64,000 bases of DNA from Raja brachyura (GCA_963514005.1 OY740787.1:34410001-34474000); one strand, 5' to 3'; shown: positions 23,271-36,593, counted from the stretch's first letter. Numbers and translations are program-made. The notes: generated by a model from the sequence alone, not told the origin.

Positions 23271-24367
23271 GTATTGACTGTTCTATGTACTTAACACAAC
23301 ATGCATATACCATTAAAAATTATATTTTCTGCACTATGAATTATTTGCCTTATCATGCTAAATGTAAATGTAAACTTATTATGTAAATAATTGTAGGTAA
23401 TTGACAAAATGAGTAGTGGTGATAGACTATGTTTAATAGAACAGATTACTATAAATCTTAAATTATTGAATGCTCTTGGAAATGTTTTAATCACAGCTTT
23501 CAAAAGTGAGTTAAACAAAAATACTTGATCATAAACAATTTTCGGACAATGGGAAGAACAAGTCAGTAAGACTAACTAGAAAGAGTTGGGTTAGCATGCA
23601 AGATTGAATGGTCTCCTTTGGGTAGTATTGTTCCATGATTCATTACTTATGTGTAATTTTCCAACTATTTCTTTTGAAACTTGGGTGAGATGTCATTTTT
23701 CTCTCCATATTTCGCCCTTACATGCTCTATACCCATCATTTCTGTATTTATTCTGTTCTCCCGTAGTAATAATAATTGGTAGCATCTCTTCTTATTGAGT
23801 TAGAGTTCCATCAGTAAAATCACATTAATGCAATATTTCATTTGTTTTCTTTTATTTCAGATTTCCATACCTATAGTTTTTGTTTCAATTTTTGTTCTGG
23901 TGACAATCATATTTTATGAAAGCTACATTATACCAGACTAGTTATGTGTTTAATGGTTCAAAATTAAAGAAAGGAAAGAGGATTTTCTGATGTGATTTAA
24001 GGAGCTAACATCTTACTGTAGATTTATCTCCATTCACAGTTCAGGGTTATCGGGTTATTTTGTAGCTCATGTAGATCCTTTGAAATTTAAACAAGATTAA
24101 AAAAAAAACGATATATATTTTTAAGGCATAAACAGTTTTCAGATTAGAGGCAATAGGGAAGATTGCATCTTATTAGTGGGGCTAAAGGGGGTAGGAATTC
24201 ATTCCCTGAAATATTCTGATGTAGTTTTAGTTTACACCCCTTGCTTCTGACATAGTGAGTATGCCAAATTCATGCTACTTGCTAATTTACAATTGCAGCA
24301 TGCAACCAGTACAATTCATGCTGTTAAGTGGCTGCAGGTCTCAGAAGGTTGCTCAATATCATGAGTG

Positions 24368-25148
24368 TTAAAGAAGGAACTGCAGATGCTGGAAAATCGA
24401 GGGTACACAAAAGGCTGGAGAAACTCAGCGGGTGCAGCAGCATCTAAGGAGCGAAGGAGATAGGCAACGTTTCAGGCCAAAACCATTCCTCAGACCCTTG
24501 TGAAGAAGGGTTTCGGCCCGAAACATTGCCTATCTCCTTCACTCCTTAAGGGCCTGACCTACCAGCATGCAACTCCATGCGATGAGCACGACCAAACTGG
24601 CAGCGGGGACCGCATGGAGGTCGGGTGATCCCTGTACAGGGCTGTTCCCAACAGCATGCGCCTGCATGCGGCAAGCGCGACCAAACTGGCAGCGGGGGCC
24701 GCACGGAGGTCGGGTGAGTGGCGCAACGCGGCGCAAAGTGAGGCAAAGTTGGAGCGAAGTCTTAAAGGTAAGTTCGCCAGGAAAGAGAGGGACACACAGA
24801 GAGGGGCACAGAGGCACACACAGAGAGGGCCACGGAGCCACACACAGAGAGGGTCATGGAGGCACCTACAGAGAGTGTCACGGAGGCACGACGTCGAGAC
24901 TGTGTGTAATGCGTCGAGGCGACTGCGAGCCGACAAGCCGTTGCCGCGTGGAATTTCTGAACATGGTCAGTTTTTTGGAACCCCGCGCGATGTCGGGACA
25001 AACGCCGCACAATTCTGCTCGGCTCCACAACGCCGGATGGCTCAAGCGACCACGTTAGGTCGCGCTCATCGCATGGAGTTGAATGCTGGTGAGACAGGCC
25101 CTTTAGATGCTGCTGCACCCGCTGAGTTTCTCCAGCCTTTTGTGTACC
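24368..25148. mobile_element. Penelope-derived inverted-pair insert (16-bp TSD) hosting a MITE
   Basis: ctcaatatcatgagtg at 24352-24367 and 25149-25164. Confidence 0.85.
24549..25102. mobile_element. Non-autonomous PIF/Harbinger-like MITE
   Basis: TIRs agggcctg...cagcatgcaactccatgcgatgagc / gctcatcgcatggagttgaatgctggtgagacaggccct. TTA is duplicated, and the empty host site ctccttagatgc is seen in other copies. Confidence 0.85.
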
Positions 25149-25181
25149 CTCAATATCATGAGTGCCTAGCACCAGTTAAAG

Positions 25182-25717
25182 TTAAGAGATACGAAAAGCT
25201 GAAGTAGCACAGTAGGACAGGCAGCATCTCTGGAGAGAAGGAATCGGTGACGTTTCTGGTCGACACCTTTCTTCAGACTAATTATGGTAAAGGGAAAAGA
25301 GAGATATAGATGATGATGTAGAGAGATAAAGAACAATTAATAAAAGGTATGTAAAAAGTAACAATGATAAAGGAAACAGGCCATTGTTAGCTCTTTGTAG
25401 CGTGAAAATGAGAATCTGGTGCGACTTGGGTGGGGGAGGGGTAGAGATCGAGGGAACGCTGGGTTTACTTGAAGTTAGAGAAATCAATATTCATAGCACT
25501 GGGCTGTAAGCTGCCCTATCAAAGGTATGAATTGTTCTTTCTCCCTCTACATCATTGTCTATGTCTCTCGTTTCTCTTTTCCCTAACTAGTCTGAAGAAG
25601 GATCTCGACCCGAAACGTCACCCATTCCTTCTCACTAGAGATGCTGCCTGTCCCACTGAGTTACTCCAGCTTTTTGTGTCTATCTTCAGTTTAAACTAGC
25701 ATCTGCAGTTCCTTCCT
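25182..25717. mobile_element. Penelope-derived inverted-pair insert (13-bp TSD)
   Basis: gcaccagttaaag at 25169-25181 and 25718-25730. Includes the GIY-YIG C-terminal remnant and hammerhead motifs on both strands. Confidence 0.85.
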
Positions 25718-26604
25718 GCACCAGTTAAAGCAAGCCTGCCTTGCTTGAAATTAGTGTGCCTCTCTTCTGGAAAGTTTCGTAACCTTCAGCATCAAACCTT
25801 CCAACGTTATGACATTATCAACTGGTCATATTTCCACCCCCGTCCTCTTCCCTTGAACTTCACGTTTTTCCTCTTCTCTTCTAATTTTACATCTTCCATT
25901 TCCTTTTTATCTCTCGACTTTATACTCCCGATTAAGCCAATCAAACTCCCCTCACCTGTATCCACCACAGAGACAATGAGAGGTGAATACAGGTGAGGGG
26001 AGTTTGATTGGCTTGATCCCAGCAATGTGTTTTTTTTTGTAAACCAGCATTTCAGTTCCTTATGAATCCTATGAACATATTTTATGTTGCACATGACATT
26101 GAATGATTGACAAAAAAATTAAACTGGTGGAAGAGCTCAGTAGTTAGGCAGCATCTGTAAAGGCAAATGTAAGGTTAATGTTTTGGGCCAACACACTACA
26201 TCAGTAGTATTTTGCTTTTGCCATAACTCAATGTAATTTAAACCAACATTTTATATCACGAACATTCTCCAATTATAGTGTTGTAATCACCGTTTATCCA
26301 TTAAAAAAATATTTTTGAGTATGGAATTTGATTGTGTTGAGTGTTACTTCCATTTGCTCTTTACTGGCCAAAAACCTCACAAGAACACCACTTGATCCGA
26401 TTCAGAGGAATGAATTTTTTATCTTTTAAGTGCTGTTTATTTAGCTTTTATATCCTCTTGACCTAATACACAGCAAAATTTACAATCAAAAGATCTTTAT
26501 TGTTCTTTGCTTTTATCACCTTCGGTCCTTCAATAGCAATCTGCAGCCAATTAAATAATTTTGCTTTGAAGTAAGGTCATTTTTGAATGTAGATTATATG
26601 ATAA

Positions 26605-26886
26605 ATTCATGTGATACGAGCAGAATTAGACCATTCAGCCCATCAAGTCTACACTGCCATTTAATCATGGTGATCTATCTCTCCCTCCTAACCCCAATCT
26701 CCTGCTTTCTGCCCATAACCTTTGACACCCGTACTAATCACGACTCTCTCTATGCATAAATATATCCACTGACTTGGCCTCCACAGTCTTTTGTGGCACA
26801 GATTCACCACACTCTGACTAAAGAAACTCCTCCTCATCTCCTTCCTAAAAGAAAGTGCTTTAATTCTGAGGATATGACCTCTAGTC
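26605..26886 (-). mobile_element. CR1 3' fragment
   Basis: CR1-type 3' UTR and ORF end; flanked by a ttttgaatgtagatta duplication. Confidence 0.7.
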
Positions 26887-28789
26887 CTACTTTTGAATGT
26901 AGATTAGATGGAAGCCAAAATGAGCCAAGTAAAATTCCATGACAGAAGTAAGATGGCCCAGAGAATTGCTTTTATTTTGCTTATTTTGGTTGAGGAATAA
27001 ATATTGGTTAAAATTACTGGCATAATGCACTTCCTCAAAATCATGCCGGAGGTATTTTATGTCCATCTTATAATAAAGACAGGGCTGAGGTTTAACATCT
27101 GTTCCAAGAGATAGCACAACATACCCTCTGTACTGTGCTGGTATAGCATTCTGTGTTTTGTCTCCTGAGTGTGATTGAAGACAGCAACATTTTGTCTTGG
27201 ACGAACACATATTACTACTGACAGATTATGACTTTTTAAATTGTTTATGGCTGTTTCAACTGCACAGGTCTGAATCTGAGCCAAACTACATGCCACAGGG
27301 ACTGAAATCAATGCAAGGTGTTTGAGCTGGCACAAATAAATGTCCTGATGTCACTAGGCCTGTTCATCCTTGGTTCAGGAAGAAGTAATATTGCATTATT
27401 TTGTCAGCTTGATTAGCAATATATTTCCAACTGAGTTGACTCGACTTTACCATTTGAAGTGGCCTAGTATTACAGATTTATTTAAAAGCCTTTACAAAGA
27501 ATTCTCTCTGTAATGGTTTGCTATGTTCTGAGTGTGGGCAGTAAATGCCATCAATACTGCGAAACCAAGAAAAATAACAAATGTAGAGACTAATTTCGCT
27601 TCATATATTCCGTCACACACTGCAAATTCAGCAATTCCTACCAAAAACTGGTGGTGGCTCAGTTAGATCAGATTGCTCTATTATGGACTGTTTTTACTGG
27701 GCTTCTAAGGAACAGAACCTATGGCTGAACAATCTCTCCCCATTAACTACAATCAGAAGTGAAATTAAGAAAGTGTAAAACCAGCAGTGCACAGGATGCA
27801 TTTTTAGCAGGAACCCAAAGCAAAAAAAAACTTATAGGCACGTCAGGCTAAAATTGCCCTGATGCTGCTCAGGAAACCAACTGTTAGGCGGGCGGAGCGG
27901 GCAGCTCTAATTGAATGCCTGGTATGATTAAAATGAATCCATAACCAGGTTATAATCAAAAGAGGCAAACACTAATTGCTGGGAGAACTGCAGCATTAAA
28001 ACAAACTGTGTGCAAATATTTCAACACCTTTAGGTGATCTCATATCGTTTATACACATTCCAGTCTTAAAATATTACACCTTGCATCATTTTGAATAAGC
28101 TAAATAACAGTTGTTGATTTAACATCTGACCTTGTGAAACTGGACCATCTACTCCAAACAGATGTTTTGCAGCTTTGTCTCTGAGGGAAAGCTGGTATCC
28201 TGCGCTTGTCTATTTAAGGAGAAAAAAAGGCTTGAAGAATTTTTTTTGTTAAAGAAAAACATTGTTGAGCTTTTTGTTTTCAATCCACTGCTAGGTCAAG
28301 CACATTTAATTGAAATAATGTGCTGAGTCTCTGGAGCCCACTAATTTTTGTTTTATGTGAAAACCTTGACAAATAGTGCAGGTGTGGAATTTAGCTAAGC
28401 TGGAAACATTCTACATCCGTGTCTGCCCTGGAAAAAAAGTTTTCCGAGTCCTACACAGAGAATAAAAGCAGGTAGCAGCTTAAATTCTCAGTATAAACAT
28501 AGCCCAAAGGTTACTTTTGTAAAGGATATGAACATCTTTGTGCCTCTCAAGCTTTATTTCACAAATGTTGTGACCAATTCCTATTTTTCTATCACAGAAT
28601 AGCCATATCATGGCAGGAGGCCATTCAGCACAGTGGCACACGACCCACACAAGCACAATACAATGAGTCCACTCCTGTACACTCTCATTCTGCTAATTAT
28701 TTCCTTTCAGATAGAACTAATCTCTTTCGATTTGCACACAATCCATAGAAACATAGAAAATAAGTGTAGGAGCAGGCTATTCGGGTAGG

Positions 28790-29558
28790 TATGAGGGAGG
28801 GGGTGGTGTGGGGGATGGGGGGTGTGGGGGTAGGGAATTGTGGGGGAGGGGGGGTCATGGGGTGGGGCAGTGTGGGGTGGTGTGGGGGGGAAGGGGTTTA
28901 GGGGGAAGAGGAGAGGGGGAAGGGGTTGTGCGTGTGTTGAGGGGGGGAGGGGGGTTGTGTGAGGTGTGGGACTCCACTCAGCGGCCACCGGCCGTGGGAC
29001 CACACAGCACCACCCGGCTCCACTGAGCAGTTTCCCCGACTCTACACAGCTGCTTCCCCAACTCCACACAGCAGTTTCTCCGACTCCACACAGCAACTTC
29101 CCTGACTGCACACAGCGACTTCCCCGACTCCACTCAGCGGCTTCCCCAACTCCACTCTTGCGGGCTCACTCAGCACGGCTTGTGGACTCAATCAGCATGG
29201 CTAGTGGACTCAATCAGCATGGCTAGTGGACTCAATCAGCATGGCTAGTGGACTCGGCCCTGCCTCCGGGTCTTTATTCTCTTTGTCCCGCTGATTGACA
29301 GCGGGTGCCAGAAGGGGCATTACCTTCATGGTGACGGACAGGTGAGAAGACCAATCTGCTGATCCCACGATTTTTAAAACTTTCATAACCTTTGTAATAT
29401 TCCAAAGATTGGAACAAAACATAATGGGCTTGGAGCAGAGGAGAATGGTGAGTAAGGTGGCAAAAAAGCCTAGCAATATAGGGTACCGTTTTTGCGCAAA
29501 TTAAAAAAAGAATGCAAACCGGAAGAGGACAAGATGAGAGTTTTAGTAATAGTATAGA
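28790..29558 (-). mobile_element. Non-autonomous Helitron-like element, 3' end missing
   Basis: 5' terminus TCTATACTATTACTAAAACTC on the minus strand and a 5' arm homologous to 54060-54349. Internal G-rich tract and 21-22 bp tandem repeats. Confidence 0.7.
29182..29255. repeat. 22-bp tandem repeat x3
   Basis: gtggactcaatcagcatggcta repeated, preceded by degenerate ~21-bp units at 29019-29155. Confidence 0.9.
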
Positions 29559-30759
29559 TAATAATTTAAAAAAAGTCTCCACTACCACTCCCAGCAATGC
29601 ATTACAGATCATATCCATACGTTGCTTTGATTCTTTCCACCTTAATTCTACATTCCATGTTCATTAGATCATAAGGAATAGGAGCAACTAAAGTTAACTA
29701 AAGTCTCCCATCACCTCAATATTCCTTCTATAGACTTCACATCTTTCCAAAGCCATGGCACCCAGAATTGTTCATAACACTCCATTTATGGTTGAATACG
29801 AGTTACTTAAAAAAAGTTATGACTATATGGCCTTCATTAAAAAAAAAATCATTTTGGAAATCTGGGGAATGCCAGCAATTTATTGTCCATCCTTAATTGC
29901 TTGACAACATTAGAGCCATTCACTGGAGTCCTACTTTTAAAGGTTTCCTCCAAACTATTGGGCAGGGAGTTCCACATTTATGACACAGCAACATGAAGGC
30001 CTGGCAATGTATTTCCAAGCCAAGTGGTGTGTCTTGAAGGAAACCTTGCAAATGATGATAGTTTCATATGCTTGCTGACATTATACTTTTTGCCCCATAC
30101 CTCCATTTGTAAAGCTCCCATGATACCATGCACTTTTTCCAATACTATTATCAACCGGTCCCGTCACTTCAATGAATTGTAAACTCATATCTCCAGGACG
30201 CTGTCATTGTATTCCTTTTAGAACTGTGCCTTCCATTAGATATGTCTCTTCTCATTCTTCCTATCGAAATATAACACTACATATTTCTTACACATTCTAC
30301 CAGAGTATCTACATCTCCTTGGTCTATCACTACTTTCCTCACAATTCACCATCCCTTTGAGTTTGTCAAGTGCAAATTCAGAAATTATGCCATGTATTCC
30401 CAAGTCTGTCATTAATATTTATTAAGGGAACTGAGGTCCTAGCATCAAACCATAGCCTATCCTCTGTTCACATTTTTCCATTTTGAAACATGAACTTTCA
30501 CTACTGCAGGTTGTTTCTTGTTACTTAGCCAATTTTCTATCCAGACTGCTAAAACCCATTTTATTCCACAGGCTTCAATTCTGATGATGAACCTATGATG
30601 TGTTTTTTTTATCAAATACCTTTTGGTCATCCATTCATATTACTTCAATCACATTTCCCTCCATTGTCCTCAAAGTTACTTCATTAATGTATCACTGAGT
30701 TGATTATGTATGATTTCCCTTTAAAAGTAATCCTTATTTGCCCAGCAGCTACAAAATTA

Positions 30760-31037
30760 GGGCGTTACAGTGGCACAGCAGTAGCTACTGCCTTACAGCA
30801 CCAGAGACCCGGATTAGATCTCGACTACTGGTGCTGTCAGTACGGACTTTGTACGTTCTTCCTGTTACGTACGTGGGTTTTCTCTGAGATCTTCGGTTTC
30901 CTCCCACACTCCAAAGACTTACAGATTTGTAGGTTAATTTGCTTGGTAGAAATGCTAAATTGTTCGTAGTGTGGGTAGGATAGTGTTAATGTGGCTGAAG
31001 GGCCTGTTTCCATGCTGTATCTCTAAACTAAACTAAA
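30760..31037 (+). mobile_element. tRNA-derived SINE
   Basis: Same family, with ctaaa tail. Confidence 0.7.
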
Positions 31038-32517
31038 CATTGTGTAATTGGTTTTGTAACTTTTCTCACCGCAGACTTTAATGGCCTGTGTCATTAAATG
31101 ATCTTCTCATCTTTTTCAAGGCTGCATATTTTACTATATACCTGATCTAATGTATAGGAATACAAGTGGACAAGTTTTATTTGATCATACTAGAATTTAT
31201 GCAAAAGGTGATCAACCTAACATTGAAATCAGGAGCGAGTAAGGAGTATTTTAGGACTTCCACCTTCAACAATTTTATGGCTAGTAATTTGTTTTTCTGC
31301 TTTGCTGGTAATGGGTATGGCTCACTGGTAACATTCCTAATCCTGACATTGAATTTGAAGGTTCCAGTCTCACTTTATCGATTCATCCCTGACCTCACAG
31401 GGAAAGTGTAGATGGTACTGCTTAGTTAGAGGTGCTGCTCTTAGGATGAATTATAAAGCGGCTGTGGCATTAAAGAATCTTGCTGACACTTATTATTATT
31501 TGGAGAACCTACCATGGAAAGTTAAATACCCCATTTTAGATCTTAATTAAGGAATGTGTGCTTGCCAGAACTGTGGATAAATCCTTGATTTTCTTTCAAT
31601 TTTGCCTTGGGATCTTTGCCTTAAGCATCTTAAACTTAAATCCATGCTAATAAATCAGCAAAGCACTCAATACATTTGTGGATTTGCGTGTCCATGAAGA
31701 GGGGATAATGTCAGTATAATTTTCAATCGTGTAGTGAAGGGAAAGGCAAAAAGTTGAGGAAGATTGAGGCAATTGTTTTGCCTTGAGCTCCAAATGAAAA
31801 TGGGATGATTATATATATTTTTTATTAATATCTGATTTGCTGTTGTGTATATTTGTTTGCTTTGGCCAAGGTTTTCGCATCTCCTCTCCAGACACGGTTG
31901 TGTGTGGTATTCTGAAACCTTGCAAAGCAAAAGAGCACAAACCTCACCTGGGCCAAAAACTCATTCAAATCTGGACTATTCTCCATGTCAGAAAATTATT
32001 CTAGCTTTTTGCAGAAGTGACTCCATTTAAATGTTTCAAAGATCCCTAATATGCATCAATATCTTACTGTTAATGCCTTTATATCAGTGATGCTAAATTT
32101 ATGAATTATATTTCCACTCACCATAGAGTCATAGAATTACACAACAAAAGAGGTTCAAATCATTTTCATGGGGCTTTGAGAAACATTAATACTCATCTGT
32201 TCCTCAAGGTGAATGTGGAGTCTTGCCTCCCTTGGTTTCAGCTTCCTCCACCCCAGTCACCCCATATCCTTTTGTAGACAATAGGAATTGTGAATGCTAG
32301 AATCACGAGCAAAAAAAAAAGTACTGGAGGAAATCAATGAGTCAGGCAGCATCTTTGGAGTGAATAAACAGATGATATTTTGAGTAAGGACCAATGTCCA
32401 ACACAGCTCACATTCTAATGATATCCCAGCATCTTTCCCCAAACTCTTTCTTCACTACAATGATTACCACATTGGGGCAGCTTTTTGCACCTGTGCAGAA
32501 CTGATTGACTCCATCAA

Positions 32518-32724
32518 TGTAGATGATATGTGTGTACACCTTTAACAGTAGTGACGCAGCCCTTGCTAACCACTCCCCCATCATCTAGTATAACTGTGAC
32601 CTTCCCACCCATAGCTCTCCCTCTAGTGTCCGTGACAGACCACGTACAGCTAGGGCAGTGATGTGTGTGTTTAATTAATAAAGTTGAAGTAAAGATTCAT
32701 CTGTGTATGCGCCTATTCTTTACA
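32518..32724 (+). repeat. 5' LTR (207 bp)
   Basis: Direct repeat of 36207-36593 once the insertion there is removed; TGT...ACA ends; contains AATAAA. Confidence 0.95.
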
Positions 32725-32737
32725 TGGCATCAGAAGT
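32725..32737 (+). promoter_or_regulatory. Primer binding site (tRNA-Leu-like)
   Basis: tggcatcagaagt immediately after the LTR; close to TGGTGTCAGAAGT, the complement of the tRNA-Leu 3' end. Confidence 0.7.
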
Positions 32738-32806
32738 TTTTTATCCTGCGTCTCCTGTCTATCGGGTTTTGTTTCTTTAGTCCCAGTATCCCCTCCCTGT
32801 GTCGCG

Positions 32807-35790
32807 ATGGCTTCTGCTTGTCGTAAACCTGACATCCTGATCTTTGATGCAGACATCGTTCACCGCTGGAGCGTTTTCAGATGTGACTTTGAGCACAACG
32901 TTACCATCGCTCACCCTGCAGTTGCCCCTGCGGTCAAAGCCTCTCTCCTGCTCAACTTGGCCGGTCTCGAAGCTCTGGAATGATTGGAGTCGTTCATCTA
33001 CGGGGTCAACGAGAACGCTTAGGACCCGGTATGTCTACTTTCAAAGTTTACTGGAGTTGTGTGACATCCCTAGTAACTGCATCCTGGAGCGTTTCAAGCT
33101 TTTCAGCCACCGCCAAAACCCTGGGGAATCGGTCGACAATTTCATCGCCGCGTTGCGGCACCTTGCTCGCCGCTGCAGCCTGGATGCTTTAACCCCTGAA
33201 ACGTTAACACAAGACATTTTGGTCTATGGCCTCCAGGATGAGAAGCTGCGATCTGAGCTCCTTCGCAAGCCTGATCTGACTTTTAACGAGGCATTGCTTG
33301 CCTCTCGCCTGGCAAAGGCCGTCTCCTCCACCATGTCACCGCGGCCAGTGTCATGAGGTCCACGTGGCCAGTTTCACCGGCCGCCAGTACTCTGCTCCAC
33401 AGCGACAGAGGGTAAGCCCTGCGCCCAGGTCCAGACCCCGTCAATGCTGCCCGAATTGCAAGTTTGCTTCGCATTGTTTTAATGTTTGTCCTGCGCTGGG
33501 CAAGACTTGTAATTTCTGCCACAAGCAAAACCATTTCTCGGCGGCGTGTTGTTCTCGTGGGAAGCCTGCACAGCCACAGCAGAAGCCCTCTAACTACCTG
33601 AAACGTGCTGATACGGCGTCTGGTTCCCATCACCAGCAAGACAAACTCCCCGTCTGATTCGAGCTCTTCCCAGAGCGAGCTGAGTGTGTTTCCACTGTGA
33701 AATGTACTTGCATTGATAACGGACCCGACCGTGCGAGTCACTGTGAATGGCACCACCTTCTCTGCTAAAGTCGACACGGGGGCTGCTGCCAACGTTATGT
33801 CAACAAGCTTGTTCAAGAAGATAAGAAATAATGAGCTTGTTACCACTGACCGCTCTGTTTTGCGTGCCTATGGGGGAGACGTGCTTGTTCCTGTGGGGAA
33901 GGCCACTCTCCACTGCAAGGTACTGAAGGCCTCTCGACCCCTCTCTTTCTTTCTGCTAGACAGTAAATGTGATCTGACCAAGACCTCGGATTGGTGAACT
34001 TCCACCGTGACATTCGCTTAGTGTAGTCACCCCTGGACCCGCTGGCCGAATACCCAGACCGTTTCGACGCCAAGCTGGGAAAGCTTCCCTGCAGCTACAA
34101 AATCGCCCTCAATCCAGATATCGAACCCGTCATCCGCCCACCGCACCGGGTGTCCTTCGCGATGAAAGACAAACTGGTGTCTACACTTCGTGAAATGGTG
34201 ACCATGGGCATCCTGAAGGAGGTGAGTGAGCCCACCCGGTGGGTCTCTACCATGGTCGTTGCTGCAAAGAAGGATAAGAGTGAACTATAAATCTGTATCA
34301 ACCCAAAGGATCTGAACTTTGCTATCAAGCGCCCGCATTATCCCATACGAACCGTTGAAGATGTTGCTGCACAAGTCGGTCCAGCCACTGTGTTTTCGGT
34401 TCTCGACGCTAAGAGCTCGTTCTGGCAGATACCACTTGATGAATGGTCTTCATACCTGACAACGTTCAGCACACCCTTTGGCATGTTTTGTTTTCTCCGC
34501 ATGCCGTTCGGGATCAACTCTGCCAGTGAGGTGTTCCAAAGGACAATGGAACAACTGTTTGCCGGGCTCCCATGTGCCATCATTGTCGACGACATCCTAG
34601 TCTATGGGAAGGATGTCGCCGAGCACGACTATAACCTCCGCCAGGTCCTGGAACGAGCTCGGGAAGTCAACCTGAAGCTTAACCCAAAAAAATGCCGGTT
34701 TTGTGTCCCTGAGGTCACCTACGTGGGACACGTCTTCACAGCATCGGGGCTGAAGCCCAACCCGCAGAAGACGGCCGCTATATCCGAGATGCCTGCGCCT
34801 GCTGACGTGCCGGGCCTCCAGCGTTTCCTGGGCATTGTCAAATACCTGGGAAAGTTCATCCCTGACCTAAGCGAGCTGAGCGCACCTCTGAGAGACCTGG
34901 TAAAAAAGGACACTGCCTGGGCCTGGTTCCCACAACACCAGAAGACTTTTGACATTCTCAAATCCAGGTTAGTCAGCACCCCAACGTTGAAGTATTTCGA
35001 CCTCCAGTGCCCCATCGTTCTCACATGCGATGCGTCCAAGTTTGGCCTCGGGGCCCCCTGCTTGCAGCTCCACAACGGAGTACAACTGCCCGTGTCTGGC
35101 AACTGACATTTTCAAGTGGCGAAGAAAGCATTTTCTAGTGCTTGTCGACTCTTACTCCAGCTGGTTTGAGGTTGATCAGCTTCACTCTCTTTCTTCATCT
35201 GTCATAGAAAAGCTGCGCCGCCACTTCGCTACTTTTGGGTCCCCGGCCAGCCTGCAGTCGGACAACGGCAGTCAGTTCACCATTGCTGAGTTCCGTGCTT
35301 TTGCTGATTGCTAGAATTTCCGTCACTACACTAGCAGCCCAGAGTACCCGCAAAGCAACGGCCTGGCTCATCGCGCGGTCCGCAGTGCTAAAGGATTGCT
35401 GGAACGTTGTCGCTTGTCCCGCTCCAACATTTACCTAGCCCTCCTGAACCTCCGCAACATCTCCCGCGACCATACCCTGGGTTCCCCAGCTCAGCGCCTC
35501 ATGTCCCGTGTTACTCAGCCTCCGATCCCGGTAACACAGCAGTCGCTTGCTCCCACCGTCCTTAAACCTGCCACGGTCCGGAAGTTCATCGCCCACAAAC
35601 ACCGTATCCAGAAGCACTCCCATGACAAGTCCTGCCGTGTCCTCCGTCCTCTCTTTCCTAGCCAGGTCGTCCGCATGCGCTCGCCATTGTTGTCGGTGCT
35701 GCTGGTTCCCCTCGTTCATACCTGGTCAATCACGATGGTATGATCAACCGGAGATCTCGTCAACACCTCCGGCTTGTGAACGAGCCTCAT
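32807..35790 (+). pseudogene. Gypsy gag-pol pseudogene
   Basis: Gag (MASACRKP..., RQNPGESVDNF, CPALGKTCNFCHKQNHFSAAC), protease (VDTGA), RT (LDAKSSFWQIPL, IVDDILV), RH start (CDAS..GLGA) and integrase core (DSYS, SDNG.QF, PQSNGLA). Multiple stops and frameshifts. Confidence 0.92.
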
Positions 35791-36196
35791 CCCCCTCCGG
35801 CTGCTCCGTATGCCCCCCCCCCGTGCCGCCCTTGCCGCCTCGTCCCGTGCCCACCTTGCCCAGTCCTCCTCCCTCTCAGCCCTCTCTGGTGCATCCTCTC
35901 GCTGTGCTCCCTGGTTCTCCAGCCTTCTCGTCTCCCCCCTCTCCATCCTCTCCACTGCCTCCATCACCCCGGGGTTCTCCTGTCAGGGGCTCCCCTCCTG
36001 CCCGGGCGCCGGTCCCTCTCGTTCCCGTTGGGGGAGGATGTGATGGCGAGGTTCGGACCCGGTCTGGTCGCCTTGTCAAGCCGCTAGATCGTTATGGTGA
36101 TTACGTGTGATTTTGAGTTCCTGTATTACTGTTGTTTACTCTCCCTTACTGCATGAGACGTGGTCGCCCTGTCACTGCTCATTGTTTTGATTTTAT

Positions 36197-36206
36197 AGAG
36201 GAAGGA
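36197..36206 (+). promoter_or_regulatory. Polypurine tract
   Basis: agaggaagga directly before the 3' LTR. Confidence 0.8.
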
Positions 36207-36593
36207 TGTTGATGATATGTGTGTACACCTTTAACAGTAGTGACGCAGCCCTTGCTAACCACTCCCCTTATCATCTAGTATAACTGTGACCTTCCCACCC
36301 ATAGCTCTCTCTCTCTCTCTCTAGTGTCCATGACAGACCACGTACAGCTAGGGCAGTAATGTGTGTCTGAGTCTGAGTCCGAGTCTGACTTCAGAGTCTG
36401 AAGAAGGGTCTCGACCCGAAACGTCGCCAATCTCCTTTGCTCCTTAGATGCTGCTGCACCCGCTGAGTTTCTCCAGCTTTTTGTGTAACCCTCGATTCTC
36501 CAGCATCTGCTGTTCCTTCTTTAACAGTAATATGTGGGTTTAATTAATAAAGTTGTAGTAAAGATTCATCTGTGTATGCGCCTATTCTTTACA
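36207..36593 (+). repeat. 3' LTR interrupted by a Penelope-derived insert
   Basis: Matches the 5' LTR; the insert at ~36366-36524 is flanked by cagtaatgtgtg / cagtaatatgtg. Confidence 0.93.
36396..36427 (+). ncRNA. Minimal type I hammerhead ribozyme motif (Penelope-type)
   Basis: GU-CUGAAGA-A-GGGU(CUCG)ACCC-GAAA-C-GUC-GC: conserved core boxes, stem II, palindromic minimal stem III and GUC triplet. Stem I is only about 2 bp. Confidence 0.6.

Larger units (their letters stand above)
32518..36593 (+). mobile_element. Gypsy/Ty3 LTR retrotransposon, decayed
   Basis: TG...CA LTRs, 5-bp TSD ATCAA (32513-32517, 36594-36598), PBS, PPT and gag-PR-RT-RH-IN domain order. Confidence 0.95.

Noticed and set aside
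24539-25207. Multiple 100-180 aa ORFs on both strands
   Set aside because: GC-rich MITE interior; the frames are not conserved in the second copy and there are no transposase motifs.
35547-36110. Pro-rich ORF as an extra (env-like) Gypsy gene
   Set aside because: It ends in RTRSGRLVKP.DRY, the usual low-complexity integrase C-terminal tail; no signal peptide or transmembrane segment.
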